A stretch of 64,000 nucleotides of DNA, taken from contig CAZEKF010000009.1 of the NCBI GenBank assembly GCA_964512765.1, forward strand, positions 30-64,029. Direction: 5' to 3'. The first letter of the stretch is position 1, and every line of letters begins with the position of its first letter. Under the pieces are notes generated by a model, which saw only the letters and a program-made list of their open reading frames with translations, had not been told where the DNA came from and did no database searches. Below are positions 16,786-27,239 of this stretch, one piece after another. This DNA is from an uncultured Methanosarcinales archaeon. GTDB taxonomy: Archaea; Nanobdellota; Nanobdellia; Woesearchaeales; GW2011-AR15. The position numbers were made by a program, and so were the translations under genes.

Positions 16786-16864
16786 TAAAAAACGTTGGAG
16801 AGGAATTTCCTTTCCAACATTATTTTTCTAAAAGTTTATAATGAAAATCTTATTTTAATTTTAT

Positions 16865-17521
16865 ATGCTAATCTGTGGTATTGACGAAGCAGGTAAAGGA
16901 CCTGTGATAGGTCCATTAGTAATGGCAGGAGTAGTTATAGACTCTGAAGATGAGTTTAAACTAAAGATGTTAGGTGTAAAAGATTCTAAATTATTAACTA
17001 AAGAAAAACGTGATGAACTGTACAAAAAAATTCTAGGTTTGGTTAAAAGTTATAAAATAATTAGTGTAACACCGGACATTATTGACGAACATTTGAAATC
17101 AGAAAAAAGTAATTTGAATATATTAGAAGCAAAGACAACAACAGAAATCCTTAATGAGTTAGGTCCTCAAAAAGCAATCATTGATTTGCCAGATAAAAAC
17201 CCTGAAAGATATCAGGAATATATTCTAGAAGATTTAAAGAATAAAGACATGGAATTAGTGACAGAACATAAAGCAGATTATAATTATCCAGTTGTTGCAG
17301 CAGCCTCAATTCTTGCTAAAGTAACCCGAGATAAATACATTGATTTTCTAAAAGAAAAGTTTGGTGAAGATTTTGGCTCAGGATACATGTCTGATGAAAA
17401 AACACAAAAATTTCTTGAAAAACATTGGAACAATCATTCAATTAACTTTTTCAGAAAAGAATGGGTATCATGGAAGAATTTAAAAAAAGAAAAAGAGCAG
17501 AAAAGATTGTTTGAGTTTTAA
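16865..17521 (+). CDS. rnhB: ribonuclease HII
   Basis: ICGIDEAGKGPVIGPLVMAGV and HKADYNYPVVAAASILAKVTRD are RNase HII catalytic motifs. Confidence 0.92.
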   Translation: MLICGIDEAGKGPVIGPLVMAGVVIDSEDEFKLKMLGVKDSKLLTKEKRDELYKKILGLVKSYKIISVTPDIIDEHLKSEKSNLNILEAKTTTEILNELGPQKAIIDLPDKNPERYQEYILEDLKNKDMELVTEHKADYNYPVVAAASILAKVTRDKYIDFLKEKFGEDFGSGYMSDEKTQKFLEKHWNNHSINFFRKEWVSWKNLKKEKEQKRLFEF

Positions 17522-20500
17522 ACAACCACAAACCCAGCTACAACCTTCAGTCCCTTAATACTTTCTTTATTATTGAACTTATATTTTTTTGTTGGACTTA
17601 TTGTGCTCATGTCAATTGAAGTGGCACCGACTCTGTCCTTAATCTTTGGCTCAAACTCTACTAAAATGTCAAAGAGTTTCTTGTCCAGCTTCAAATATAA
17701 TTCAATATTATCAGTTTTCTTTAACCCTGCATCTTTTCTAAAGGATTGTATTCTTCTGACTAATTCTCTATAATAACCTTCAGAAACTAATTCATTGCTA
17801 ACATCAGTGTTCAGGTAAACATTACCGTTATTGGAATTACCCATGTGATAACCTTTAGCTAAGGTTTTTTCAAACACTAAATGCTTATTTTCAAGAACAT
17901 GTTTACCTAATTTTAGTTTACCATTTTTGTAATTTTTTAACAATTTTGTATTATCAGTATTACTAAGTTCTTTAACTATAGTTTGTGACTCTTTGCCAAA
18001 GTCAGGTCCTAATGTTTTATAATTAGGTTTGATTACTGTATCTGCTTTGTCAAATTTCTTAACAATTTTTATAGATTTAACATTAACTTGTGATTTGATT
18101 AAATCACTTAGTTTGTTTACAGCTTCTGTTGCTTCTTTATCAGAAACTTCAATAATAACTTCTTGCAATGGCCATCTAATGCCTGTTTGTGCTTTTTCCC
18201 TTGCACCAAGCGCACCATTGATTATATCTTTAACCATATCCATGTTTTTTTCTAACTTATGATTAACCATTTTCTTATCATGTTTTGGCCAGTCATACAA
18301 CTGTACAGATTCTTGTTTTAACCCAAATTCTTTTTTAAAGTTCAGGAATATTGTCTCTGCTGTGAACGGAGTAACTGTAGCTAATAACGTTAGTATTGAT
18401 TTTAACACATGATAAGTTACATACAACACTAACTGTTTTTCTTTATCAGTTCCATTATTAACTTTTTCCCGCACCATCTGAATGTAAGTTCTGGACAATT
18501 CTAAATACAATTCTTCAATAGTCCAAGGAATTTTGTTTAACAAATATTCGTCAAATTCTTTTGTTACTTTTTTAATAGTCGAATTTAACTTTGATAAAAT
18601 GTAATTTTCTTCTTCTTTAGCATTGTCAAGAATTTTATTAGATATTTTTTCTGGATTCTTAGATATAGTTTTTGCCAGATCAATTACAAAACTATGCAAG
18701 TTCCATAATATGTTCAAGTTACGCATCTTTATCTCAATATCTTCATAATTATAATTCATGTCAACTCCTGGTTGTGAAGAACCCATCATATAATAACGCA
18801 CAGCATCTACACCATACTTCTGTGTAACTTCATAAGGATCAATGACATTACCTAAACTTTTACTCATCTTCCTACCTGTTACGTCGTTTACCCAACCTGT
18901 CATATAACAGGCTAAAAATGGTTTACCAATATCAGAAACTACAGCAGTGTCAAATAATAGGTTAAACCAACCTCTGATTTGGTCTTTTGCTTCAAGTATA
19001 AAATCTGCTGGCCAATATTTTTTAAAATATTTGTCAGTTTTAGGATAATACAATGAAATCCACGAAGCACAACCTGCATCAACCCAAACATCACAAATAT
19101 CAGGTATTCTTTTCATTACTGAACCACAATCTGCACATTTGAAAGTAACGTCATCAATCCAAGGCTTATGCATTTTTTTTATTTTTTTGCCTGATAATCT
19201 TTCTAGTTCATTTAATGAACCCATGACGTCATAATTACTACATTTAGTGCATTTCCAAATAGGCACTGGCGTTCCCCAATACCTTTGCCTAGTTAATCCA
19301 ATATCTCTTAAGTTAGCTAACCATGAATCAAACGTGTTAGAACCTGCCCATTTAGGTACCCAATTAATATTACGGTTCCACTCACGCATTTTTTCTCTTA
19401 ATTTTTCTACGCCAAGGAACCATTGCCTAGTTGTCTTAAAAATAACAGCAGCTTTTGACCTTTCGTGGTGAGGATATTCATGTACATAAGGTACTCTAGC
19501 TACTATGGCACCTTTTTTTTCAAAATAATCAGTAAATTTTACATCTTCATATCTTGCTCTCCATCCAGAAAAAACTCCCATATCTTTTGAAAAGTAACCT
19601 CTTGAATCAACTTCATTGAAAGCAGGCAGACCATAAGATTTACCAACTTCTTGGTCTTCTGGACCACAACCCGGCGCCATATGGACCAATCCTGTACCTT
19701 CTTCAGTATTCACATATTCTTTAGATAACATAACTTTAAATGCCCAGTCTTGTGTCATATTTTTTAATGCAGGAACATCTTTTTTTAGAAATGGAACATA
19801 TTCAACTGATTCCAGGCTTTTACCTTTAAATTTTTTAATAATTTTAAGTTTCTTGTCTACAACTTTAGAAAGATATTCTACTCTGTCTTTTGCAAGAATC
19901 CAGGTTTCTTTATCTGCTTTTACTTTTACATAATCCAGGTCAGGATTTACCATGACACCTAAATTATGTGGAATTGTCCAGGGCGTGGTTGTCCATACTA
20001 TCAAGGACTCATTCTTATCTTTTAGAGCAAACTTTAATATTATAGATTCGTCCTTTACTTCTTTATATTCAAGTTCATGCTTAGCAGCAACAGTCTCTGT
20101 TTCCGGGCACCATGCCATTACTCGATCTCCTTCATACAAATGACCTTTTTTATGTGCTCTTTTCAAGGCCCACCATACACCTTCCATGAAATCATTAGTA
20201 ATTGGCTGGTAAGCATCTTCATGGTCAAACCAAACACCCCATTTGTGATAATCTTTAGTCATCTGGTTCATAGTATTGACTGCATACTTTTCACATTCGT
20301 TAACAAACTTACCAACACCAATTTTTTCAATTTCTTCTTTGCTTTCAATACCAAATTTAGCCATGACTTTTTTACTTGTTGGTAACCCGTGCATGTCCCA
20401 GCCACCACGTGCCCAAACATCATAACCTTGCATTCGTTTATATCTGAACAACGGATCTTTTAAAGAAGCATAATTCCAAAAATGGCCAACGTGGAATTTT

Positions 20501-20652
20501 CCAGATGTATAAGGCGGACCGCATGTCCAGTAAAACTTTTTGCCGTTTTTACCCTTTAATCTTTGTTTGTCAAAAATCTTATTATCTTTCCAGAATTTCA
20601 AAACTTTTTTTTCTTGTTTAACAGGATCGTACTTTTGCATTTTATTTACCAC
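17518..20652 (-). CDS. ileS: isoleucyl-tRNA synthetase
   Basis: Class I HIGH-type motif PYTSGKFHVGH, KMSKS motif (GRKMSKSLGN), a CP1 editing region and Zn-finger cysteines. Length is 1044 aa. Confidence 0.93.
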   Translation of the reverse strand: MVNKMQKYDPVKQEKKVLKFWKDNKIFDKQRLKGKNGKKFYWTCGPPYTSGKFHVGHFWNYASLKDPLFRYKRMQGYDVWARGGWDMHGLPTSKKVMAKFGIESKEEIEKIGVGKFVNECEKYAVNTMNQMTKDYHKWGVWFDHEDAYQPITNDFMEGVWWALKRAHKKGHLYEGDRVMAWCPETETVAAKHELEYKEVKDESIILKFALKDKNESLIVWTTTPWTIPHNLGVMVNPDLDYVKVKADKETWILAKDRVEYLSKVVDKKLKIIKKFKGKSLESVEYVPFLKKDVPALKNMTQDWAFKVMLSKEYVNTEEGTGLVHMAPGCGPEDQEVGKSYGLPAFNEVDSRGYFSKDMGVFSGWRARYEDVKFTDYFEKKGAIVARVPYVHEYPHHERSKAAVIFKTTRQWFLGVEKLREKMREWNRNINWVPKWAGSNTFDSWLANLRDIGLTRQRYWGTPVPIWKCTKCSNYDVMGSLNELERLSGKKIKKMHKPWIDDVTFKCADCGSVMKRIPDICDVWVDAGCASWISLYYPKTDKYFKKYWPADFILEAKDQIRGWFNLLFDTAVVSDIGKPFLACYMTGWVNDVTGRKMSKSLGNVIDPYEVTQKYGVDAVRYYMMGSSQPGVDMNYNYEDIEIKMRNLNILWNLHSFVIDLAKTISKNPEKISNKILDNAKEEENYILSKLNSTIKKVTKEFDEYLLNKIPWTIEELYLELSRTYIQMVREKVNNGTDKEKQLVLYVTYHVLKSILTLLATVTPFTAETIFLNFKKEFGLKQESVQLYDWPKHDKKMVNHKLEKNMDMVKDIINGALGAREKAQTGIRWPLQEVIIEVSDKEATEAVNKLSDLIKSQVNVKSIKIVKKFDKADTVIKPNYKTLGPDFGKESQTIVKELSNTDNTKLLKNYKNGKLKLGKHVLENKHLVFEKTLAKGYHMGNSNNGNVYLNTDVSNELVSEGYYRELVRRIQSFRKDAGLKKTDNIELYLKLDKKLFDILVEFEPKIKDRVGATSIDMSTISPTKKYKFNNKESIKGLKVVAGFVVV

Positions 20653-20881
20653 CTTTATGTTTGTGTTTTGTTTGATCTTTATATTTATTTCTCTACCAGT
20701 TATTGTTCACAGGCTAAGAATGAACATAGCCATAACTAGATAATAATGATAGAAATGATTTGAATGACAGTTGAAGTCATAAAAAATAGTATTCTTGGTT
20801 AATATTTAAAGGTTTTTGTGTTAAATATAGTGCAAAGGTTTTTCAAAAATCATTTAAATAAGATATTATTAACCAGCCAAA

Positions 20882-21790
20882 ATGAGTAGAAATAACATTG
20901 TTACAGTAATTTTGACAGGTAAAGATGAAGAAAAATATTGTATTGAAGCATTAGACAGTATACTTGGTCAAACCTGGTTAAAACAAGAAAGTAATCAAGT
21001 TGAATTCTATATTATTAATGATGGCAGTACTGATGAAATGGCTAGTAAAATTAGTGAATGGTTACTTACTCATGAACAAGATTCTAGAATTTATAAGACT
21101 CATTTTAAAAGTGACAGAGCAAAAAATATCGGAATAATTGCTTCACAGAACGAAGCAGTGGAATTGTTTAAACAATATCGGGAAGAAGATGGAATACCAA
21201 GAGTAGGAATATGTTTTTTTGATCTTGATGATATTATGGATGAGAAATTTATGTCAATTTTAGTGCCTGAAATTGAAGGGAATATAAGTGTAGCTTATGT
21301 ACATGGTTATTTAAAGAATAAAGAAGGTTTACCGTTTGTTAATAAACATGGAGTAGAGATCCATGATTTACCAACGCTTGAATGGGACCCAGAAACATAT
21401 CTTATAGTAGGTAATAACTATGTTCCTACACCATCTATGATAAGAGAAGATTTAGTATTTGAAGCTTTTCCTTTAAAATATGAAAATTTTCCTGACGGAA
21501 TATCCAAGTGGTATAGACATTCGTCTTTATTTCAAGTTATGATAAGAAAAGGACTTACTGCCAAATATGTTAATATGCCTTTATTTAGCTATAGGATAGG
21601 AGATTTAGGGGAGAATACATCTGAAATTGTTCAAAAAATTCATGATATCAGGCCACAACCAGGTCAAGAAGTTGTGGAAGGTGTTGTATTTGATTTCGTG
21701 ACTGATAGAGTTGATTTAGCTGATATTGAACTTCACTTTCCAAATATACTTACAGGGAACCAAGCAGCATATAATTCATTAAAAAATTAA
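20882..21790 (+). CDS. glycosyltransferase family 2
   Basis: Carries VTVILTGKDEEKYCIEALDSILGQT, YIINDGSTDE and FFDLDDIM (DxD). Confidence 0.75.
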   Translation: MSRNNIVTVILTGKDEEKYCIEALDSILGQTWLKQESNQVEFYIINDGSTDEMASKISEWLLTHEQDSRIYKTHFKSDRAKNIGIIASQNEAVELFKQYREEDGIPRVGICFFDLDDIMDEKFMSILVPEIEGNISVAYVHGYLKNKEGLPFVNKHGVEIHDLPTLEWDPETYLIVGNNYVPTPSMIREDLVFEAFPLKYENFPDGISKWYRHSSLFQVMIRKGLTAKYVNMPLFSYRIGDLGENTSEIVQKIHDIRPQPGQEVVEGVVFDFVTDRVDLADIELHFPNILTGNQAAYNSLKN

Positions 21791-21877
21791 ATAAACTAAT
21801 TCTTACAAAATCACAACCTTTATATATCAGTATACAATTAAGTATACCAATATAAAATTTAAAGGGTGAATGTGTAA

Positions 21878-22792
21878 ATGATCAAAGATTCAAATGTAAA
21901 TAGTTTAGCTGAAACATTAGCTAAATCAGGGTTAGTATCAAGCACTAGCCAGGCAGTTGCAATGGCAAAAGACATTATGGGCACAGAGAAACGCGTTTCA
22001 AGTCATTTTGACAAGGAAAATGAAAAAATTGAAGATGGTCTGACCAGGGAAAAAGATAAAAAAACCTATAAAGAAGAAATTGACGAACTAATTGAAAAAA
22101 CCAGTCCTGAAAAAAAAGATTTTCACGTGATGGTTAGTGGGTATAAAAAAGATAGAAAACCTGAACTAGTTAAAGAAGTTGAAGAAGTTCTTGCTCCTGT
22201 TAAGACAGAAGTTGAAAAAATGCTTGAAGAACCAGTGGAAGAAGAGGATGAACCTGAAGAAGAACCAGAACCAGAAAAACCTGAACCAGTGGAAGAAAAA
22301 CCTGTTGTTGAACAACCACAACCAGAAGTAAAACCAGAACCTGTTCAAGAGGTCAAATCTGAACCAGTAGAACCAGTTATGAAGAACCAGGCAGTGTCAG
22401 AAGCTATTGAAAAAGCAGTCCCTGTTCATACAGATGTTCTTAACGATGACAGAATGTTAAAAGAAGTTATGGACGAGCAAGCTGAAGAAGTTTACACTAA
22501 CAAATCTGTTGAAAATACTGAAGAAGCATCTCAGGAAATGTCAGAACCTGAACAAGCACCAGAGTATAATGTTGTTAATATGGAAGCTCCTGTTCAGGAG
22601 GAAGAACCTCAACCTGAAGTTAAAGAAGAATTTATTCTTCCAGTTAGTGAACCTGAGCCAGAACCAGTTAAGGAACAACCTGAGCAAATGTTCAAAGAAG
22701 TTACTGAACCACCAAAACAAGAAGAAAGTGAAAAAGAATTTAAGAATCCTATTCAAGAGGTAGATTTGTTGGATCACTTTAAATTTGGTTAA
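21878..22792 (+). CDS. highly acidic Pro/Glu-rich low-complexity protein
   Basis: 304 aa with long E-P-E-P / EEKPV tracts. SD GGGTGA lies upstream. Alternative-frame ORFs 22166-22348, 22509-22763 and 22541-22777 are artefacts of the repeat. Confidence 0.65.
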   Translation: MIKDSNVNSLAETLAKSGLVSSTSQAVAMAKDIMGTEKRVSSHFDKENEKIEDGLTREKDKKTYKEEIDELIEKTSPEKKDFHVMVSGYKKDRKPELVKEVEEVLAPVKTEVEKMLEEPVEEEDEPEEEPEPEKPEPVEEKPVVEQPQPEVKPEPVQEVKSEPVEPVMKNQAVSEAIEKAVPVHTDVLNDDRMLKEVMDEQAEEVYTNKSVENTEEASQEMSEPEQAPEYNVVNMEAPVQEEEPQPEVKEEFILPVSEPEPEPVKEQPEQMFKEVTEPPKQEESEKEFKNPIQEVDLLDHFKFG

Positions 22793-22891
22793 TATTTACT
22801 CTATAATAGTAACAATACCGTAACATTTATATATTACTTTTTCTTCTTTTCCTTCTATTAGGATACTTTAAAGTATATAAGGTGAAAATAC

Positions 22892-24259
22892 ATGAAAAAA
22901 CTGATCAGTATATTAGCATTGGTTTTCATCCTAACTTTAGCTAGTGCATTTGCAACTTATGAAGTTACATCACCTAGCTTTGGTGGAGAGGACCAAGAGA
23001 GAGGACAAACAGTCCAGATTAGTGTTCCTGTTAAAAATACAGGTACAAAAAATATTAGTGGAATTGCAGCATCATTTTCTGGAGTAGATGGAGATTATTC
23101 TGCAGAAGTTGTCTCAGTACCTGCAAGTATTGCAGTTAATGGTACAGAAAATGTTGTTATTAAAGCATATGTTCCATTAGACTTTGACGCAGTTGATTCT
23201 AAAGGTAAAAAAGTTTCAGCAGGAATAGGAAATCTTGTTCTTGAAGGAAACTATTCAGATAATTCTGCAGTTGCTCAAAAATCTGTTAGCATGACAATGG
23301 AAGCTGAGAACTTGTTAGAGTTCAAAGATAACAGAATCACTATTGGTGACAGAAGTGATAAAAGTCTTGATAATAGAGACGAATTTGACGATGTCAAAAG
23401 AAATGATAAAGTTCTTATTGAAATCGAACTTGAAAACGATTTTTCTGACGATGGAGATTGTGACGATCCAGATGATTATGGTGATTGTGCAATTGAAGAT
23501 GTAGAAGTTGAGTTTGAACCAGACGATTCTGACTTTGACGATGAATCAATTGACTTTAATGATGTAAATGCAGACGATACAGACACAGAAACATTTTCAT
23601 TCAGTGTGCCTGATGATGTTGACGATAGTACCTATGAGTTTGAAATGTGGGTAACAGGAACTGATGAAAACGGTGCTAGGCACGGGGAATACATGACTTT
23701 CAGGTTAGAAGTTGACGTTCCTAGAGACGAAGTTACTATAACAGACGCATATCTAAGTCCAAGTTCAATTGATTGTGATGATAGACACACAACATTAAGA
23801 GTTACAATTGAAAATACAGGAAGAGATGACCAAAGTAAAGCGTCAATCTTTGTAACTTCAACAAAACTTGATATCAAACAATCAGTTTATAACATTGACG
23901 TTGACGAAGGAGATACTGCTTCTAAAACATTTGATCTGAGATTAGAAGACGATGTTACACCTGGTCAATATACAATTACTGTTACATCAAACTATGATAA
24001 TAGTGATGAATCAGACATTGATTCTGTAACATTAACAGTAAAAGAATGTAAAACTGTTGTTCCAGATGATGATGATGACGACGATTCAAACACAGATGTG
24101 AATGTTATTGAAGTACCACCTTCAACAGGCGTTATCTACGGTGATGAAAAAGAACCTAGTTTCTTTGAATCAAACCAGTATTTGTTAATGTTAGGCGGAT
24201 TATTTTTAGTAGCACTATTTATGTTCTTTATATTAATAGTTGCTATCTTAAGAAAATAA
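22892..24259 (+). CDS. secreted/surface protein, Asp-rich, with N-terminal signal peptide and C-terminal TM anchor
   Basis: Carries the signal peptide MKKLISILALVFILTLASAFA and repeated beta-sandwich-like modules. It also has a D7 tract and the C-terminal anchor YLLMLGGLFLVALFMFFILIVAILRK. SD AAGGTGA lies 7 nt before the ATG. Confidence 0.8.
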   Translation: MKKLISILALVFILTLASAFATYEVTSPSFGGEDQERGQTVQISVPVKNTGTKNISGIAASFSGVDGDYSAEVVSVPASIAVNGTENVVIKAYVPLDFDAVDSKGKKVSAGIGNLVLEGNYSDNSAVAQKSVSMTMEAENLLEFKDNRITIGDRSDKSLDNRDEFDDVKRNDKVLIEIELENDFSDDGDCDDPDDYGDCAIEDVEVEFEPDDSDFDDESIDFNDVNADDTDTETFSFSVPDDVDDSTYEFEMWVTGTDENGARHGEYMTFRLEVDVPRDEVTITDAYLSPSSIDCDDRHTTLRVTIENTGRDDQSKASIFVTSTKLDIKQSVYNIDVDEGDTASKTFDLRLEDDVTPGQYTITVTSNYDNSDESDIDSVTLTVKECKTVVPDDDDDDDSNTDVNVIEVPPSTGVIYGDEKEPSFFESNQYLLMLGGLFLVALFMFFILIVAILRK

Positions 24260-24318
24260 ACGTTCTAATTTATTTATTTTTTTTCTTGATTGTTTTAATA
24301 ATATAAAAGAGGAATAAA

Positions 24319-24528
24319 ATGCGTCCGTTAAGAGATCGAATTGCTGAAACAATTTATAATTTGCAACCCTGTACTCATCGTATGTTTCCGCATGCGACAA
24401 ATGATCAATTGATGGAAATGCACAGATCTCATGTACAAAGGTTCGGATATGCATTAAATTTTAGTAGTATACCAATTCAACAGTACAATAGAATTAGTAG
24501 AGATTTTAGGACCTGTCATTGGCCTTAA
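24319..24528 (+). CDS. small hypothetical protein (69 aa)
   Basis: ATG preceded by AGAGGA. It overlaps the 3' end of taw3 convergently by 23 nt. No motif recognised. Confidence 0.35.
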   Translation: MRPLRDRIAETIYNLQPCTHRMFPHATNDQLMEMHRSHVQRFGYALNFSSIPIQQYNRISRDFRTCHWP

Positions 24529-25066
24529 TAAATTCCTTATTCAATCTTTTAATTTTATCTCTTGATCCAAGTAGCTTATTATTTGCTTCTTTAATTAATA
24601 ATTGAAGATACTCATCAGATAGCTCAATATCTTTAGAAAAAGGAACATCCATTTTTTCTAAGAATAAGATTTCTACAATAATACGTTTCTTAAAACTAAG
24701 TAATGCAGATCTTCTGAAACCTAATTCATTAGCTTTTTTTAGTAAATAATATGCAGAATCTAAATCTTTAGCACAAATGTGTAATATTGGCGGTTCTACT
24801 CTGAACCATATAGTTTCTTCAGGTAGTTTGTTTAAAGGCAAATCATTTAGTTTTATTGGCTCATGCGAACTAAACAACCATTCAGCTTCATGCTTAATTT
24901 TACTTGGTTTAATAAACATTATCCTGCCTGAGCACGAGCTTGTTGTATAATAATCAGGATGGTTGTTGATTAATTTGACTAAATTCAGAATATGCTCATC
25001 TAAATCCCCTTTTCTGGACTTGTCCAGTTTTGACAAAGCTTGTTTTTTTTCGTTGAGAAAGTTCAT
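24506..25066 (-). CDS. taw3: tRNA wyosine-derivative methyltransferase Taw3/TYW3
   Basis: TYW3 signature YYTTSSCSGRIMF. Length is 186 aa. Confidence 0.8.
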   Translation of the reverse strand: MNFLNEKKQALSKLDKSRKGDLDEHILNLVKLINNHPDYYTTSSCSGRIMFIKPSKIKHEAEWLFSSHEPIKLNDLPLNKLPEETIWFRVEPPILHICAKDLDSAYYLLKKANELGFRRSALLSFKKRIIVEILFLEKMDVPFSKDIELSDEYLQLLIKEANNKLLGSRDKIKRLNKEFIKANDRS

Positions 25067-25204
25067 AGGAATAAAAGTATTAATAGTAGTTTTAAATTAG
25101 TTTTGGAATAAATGTTATCATTATAAAATGACTAAATTTAAATATAAATTATTTTTTTGTATTAATATGAATAATAATTATATCTATGTTAGGAGGAGAT
25201 ATTA

Positions 25205-25765
25205 ATGGTTAAAAATGTTGTAGGTAGATTGATTGAAACTGTAGATAGAATGGGAGTATATGCAAACCCGCATGGTTCATTAGATGAATTAACAATAAGA
25301 CGTGACCTTGCAGTTAATGAAGAATCAGATTTTGCACTTGCAGCAGATATACACTTTATTTGGGCTTTTTTATACAAAGATGAAGATTTCCATTTTGTTC
25401 CTCTAAGTGAAAATGAAGGCGAACAACCAAAGGATATAGCGGCAGCAGATCAAGCAACAACTGTTTTAAGAAATATTCTTCAGGATTACCTTGATTCAGG
25501 AAACAATAGTGATATTAGAAGTCTAGTTGCAGCTGCTAGCTGGAATTATGAAGCTCCAGGTGCAATGGATTTAGCACTAGAGATTGGAGATTATATGCAT
25601 GAAAGAAACGCTGAATATAATATGCGAAATTCTGAAAGAAGGACAGAAGTAGATAGAACAATTGTTCAAGGTGGCGAACTCACAAGTAATTCTGATTTTA
25701 ATCCAGTTAGATTAGCTAAACATGAAACAAATTTAAGTGGATTGCTAGAAATTGGGAGAGGATGA
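25205..25765 (+). CDS. hypothetical protein (186 aa) ending at an in-frame TGA
   Basis: Strong SD AGGAGGAG lies 6 nt before the ATG. No motif recognised. Confidence 0.7.
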   Translation: MVKNVVGRLIETVDRMGVYANPHGSLDELTIRRDLAVNEESDFALAADIHFIWAFLYKDEDFHFVPLSENEGEQPKDIAAADQATTVLRNILQDYLDSGNNSDIRSLVAAASWNYEAPGAMDLALEIGDYMHERNAEYNMRNSERRTEVDRTIVQGGELTSNSDFNPVRLAKHETNLSGLLEIGRG

Positions 25766-25990
25766 TATGATAATGGTAGTTTGCAATATGTAGAAGGTGG
25801 AGAGCATAACCTAGAAGCAGGAACATCAATTATACCTCTTAAATATGTTAAAGGGAACATAACGAATAATTTAAAAGCAATTGGATTTATGCTTAATAGA
25901 ATTCTAAGAGCAACATTTATTGCATCAGAGCTGAAAGAGTTAAGTTATAATCCAACTCAACAATTAAGAGAGATAGAGATACCTTACTAG
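25766..25990 (+). other. 74-codon open continuation in the same frame after the TGA at 25763-25765
   Basis: 25781 minus 25205 is a multiple of 3, and the 5 codons between them carry no stop. No SD precedes the TTG at 25781. Confidence 0.5.
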
Positions 25991-26000
25991 TATAACTTTT

Positions 26001-27215
26001 TTATTCTTTTTCTTTTATATTATTAACTAAATACACTTTATCATTCTCTCTAACTAATTGATCTATCTTAATACCAACAACATCTCCTTTTGTTGCTTTA
26101 TCCAGTTCATTTTTATTTTTTTGTATAGATTCAACAGTTGTTTCAACACAACCAGTTTTGTTGCCTATTATGATTAGTTTGACCCCTTTTTTTAATTCAT
26201 TACTAAGAATCTTTACTTCAGCCACATTAACTTTTTTATAATAATTTAAAACAGGTCCTATGAACACTTTTTTACTTGTAGCAACACTTCCATATTCAGT
26301 TGCAAAATCTTTTTCAGTTGGTTTGTTAAAATAAAACCCTGTTGAAAAGCCTCTATTATACACAGATTCTAACTTTTTCTTTAACTCAGTTTTTAATTCA
26401 TCAGTTAGATCTTTATTATAGTAAGCATCAATGGCTTGTTTATAGCTTTCTATGACTGTTTTTACATATTCAGGTTGCTTGGCCCTGCCTTCAATTTTGA
26501 GAGCAGCTGCGCCTGTTTCTATGATTTTGTCAATGAATTCTATTGAACAAAGATCTTTAGCGCTCATGACATAGTTATTCTCTAGTTCTAATTTATATCC
26601 TTCTTCTTTATCTTTGATAATGTATTCTCTTCTACAAGGTTGTATACATTCGCCTCGATTAGCACTTTTATTATACAAAAATTGAGAAGTAAAACACCTT
26701 CCAGATACAGAAACGCACATTGCACCATGTACAAAGATCTCTATTTCAGCTTTTGTACTAGCAGTTATTTTTTTAATTTGTTCTAGACTAGATTCTCTTG
26801 CTAAGACTATACGTTCTGCGCCTAGTTCATGATAAAAATTAGCTGCTTCTGAATTACTTACACTTGCTTGTGTTGAAATATGGAATGGAATACCATGTTT
26901 TTTACATAATTGTATAACTGAAAAATCCCAGCATATGATTGCATCTACTTTATATTTCTTGGCATGTTTAATGAGTTTTTCAATATCTTTGATTTCGTTT
27001 TCATATACAATAATGTTCACTGTTAAGAATGTTTTAACCTTGTTTTTATGGCATAACTCTACAACTTTAGCTAACTCATCTAGTTCAAAATTCTTAGCAG
27101 AAGCTCGCATGTTAAACCCTTTAATACCAAAATAAACAGAATCTACGCCTGCGTTAATAGCAGTGTTTAACATTGCCCATGAACCTACTGGTGCTAATAT
27201 TTCAGGTTTTTTCAT
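26001..27215 (-). CDS. peptidase U32 family protein
   Basis: N-terminus KPEILAPVGSWAMLNTAINAGVDSVYFG and the Cys-rich core FVHGAMCVSVSGRCFTSQF...ECIQPCRR are typical of U32. Confidence 0.85.
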   Translation of the reverse strand: MKKPEILAPVGSWAMLNTAINAGVDSVYFGIKGFNMRASAKNFELDELAKVVELCHKNKVKTFLTVNIIVYENEIKDIEKLIKHAKKYKVDAIICWDFSVIQLCKKHGIPFHISTQASVSNSEAANFYHELGAERIVLARESSLEQIKKITASTKAEIEIFVHGAMCVSVSGRCFTSQFLYNKSANRGECIQPCRREYIIKDKEEGYKLELENNYVMSAKDLCSIEFIDKIIETGAAALKIEGRAKQPEYVKTVIESYKQAIDAYYNKDLTDELKTELKKKLESVYNRGFSTGFYFNKPTEKDFATEYGSVATSKKVFIGPVLNYYKKVNVAEVKILSNELKKGVKLIIIGNKTGCVETTVESIQKNKNELDKATKGDVVGIKIDQLVRENDKVYLVNNIKEKE

Positions 27216-27239
27216 ATTAAAAAAGAAATCACTGTTGTT

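Noticed and set aside
22166-22777. Alternative-frame ORFs in the Pro/Glu-repeat gene
   Set aside because: They are products of the GAA/CCA repeat reading open in several frames. Only the 21878 frame has an SD and a non-repetitive N-terminus.
25763-25765. Selenocysteine at the in-frame TGA, and pyrrolysine at TAG 30601
   Set aside because: They are not asserted. I saw no convincing SECIS-like hairpin immediately downstream. No sel or pyl genes are in the window. All three stop codons terminate conserved genes here.
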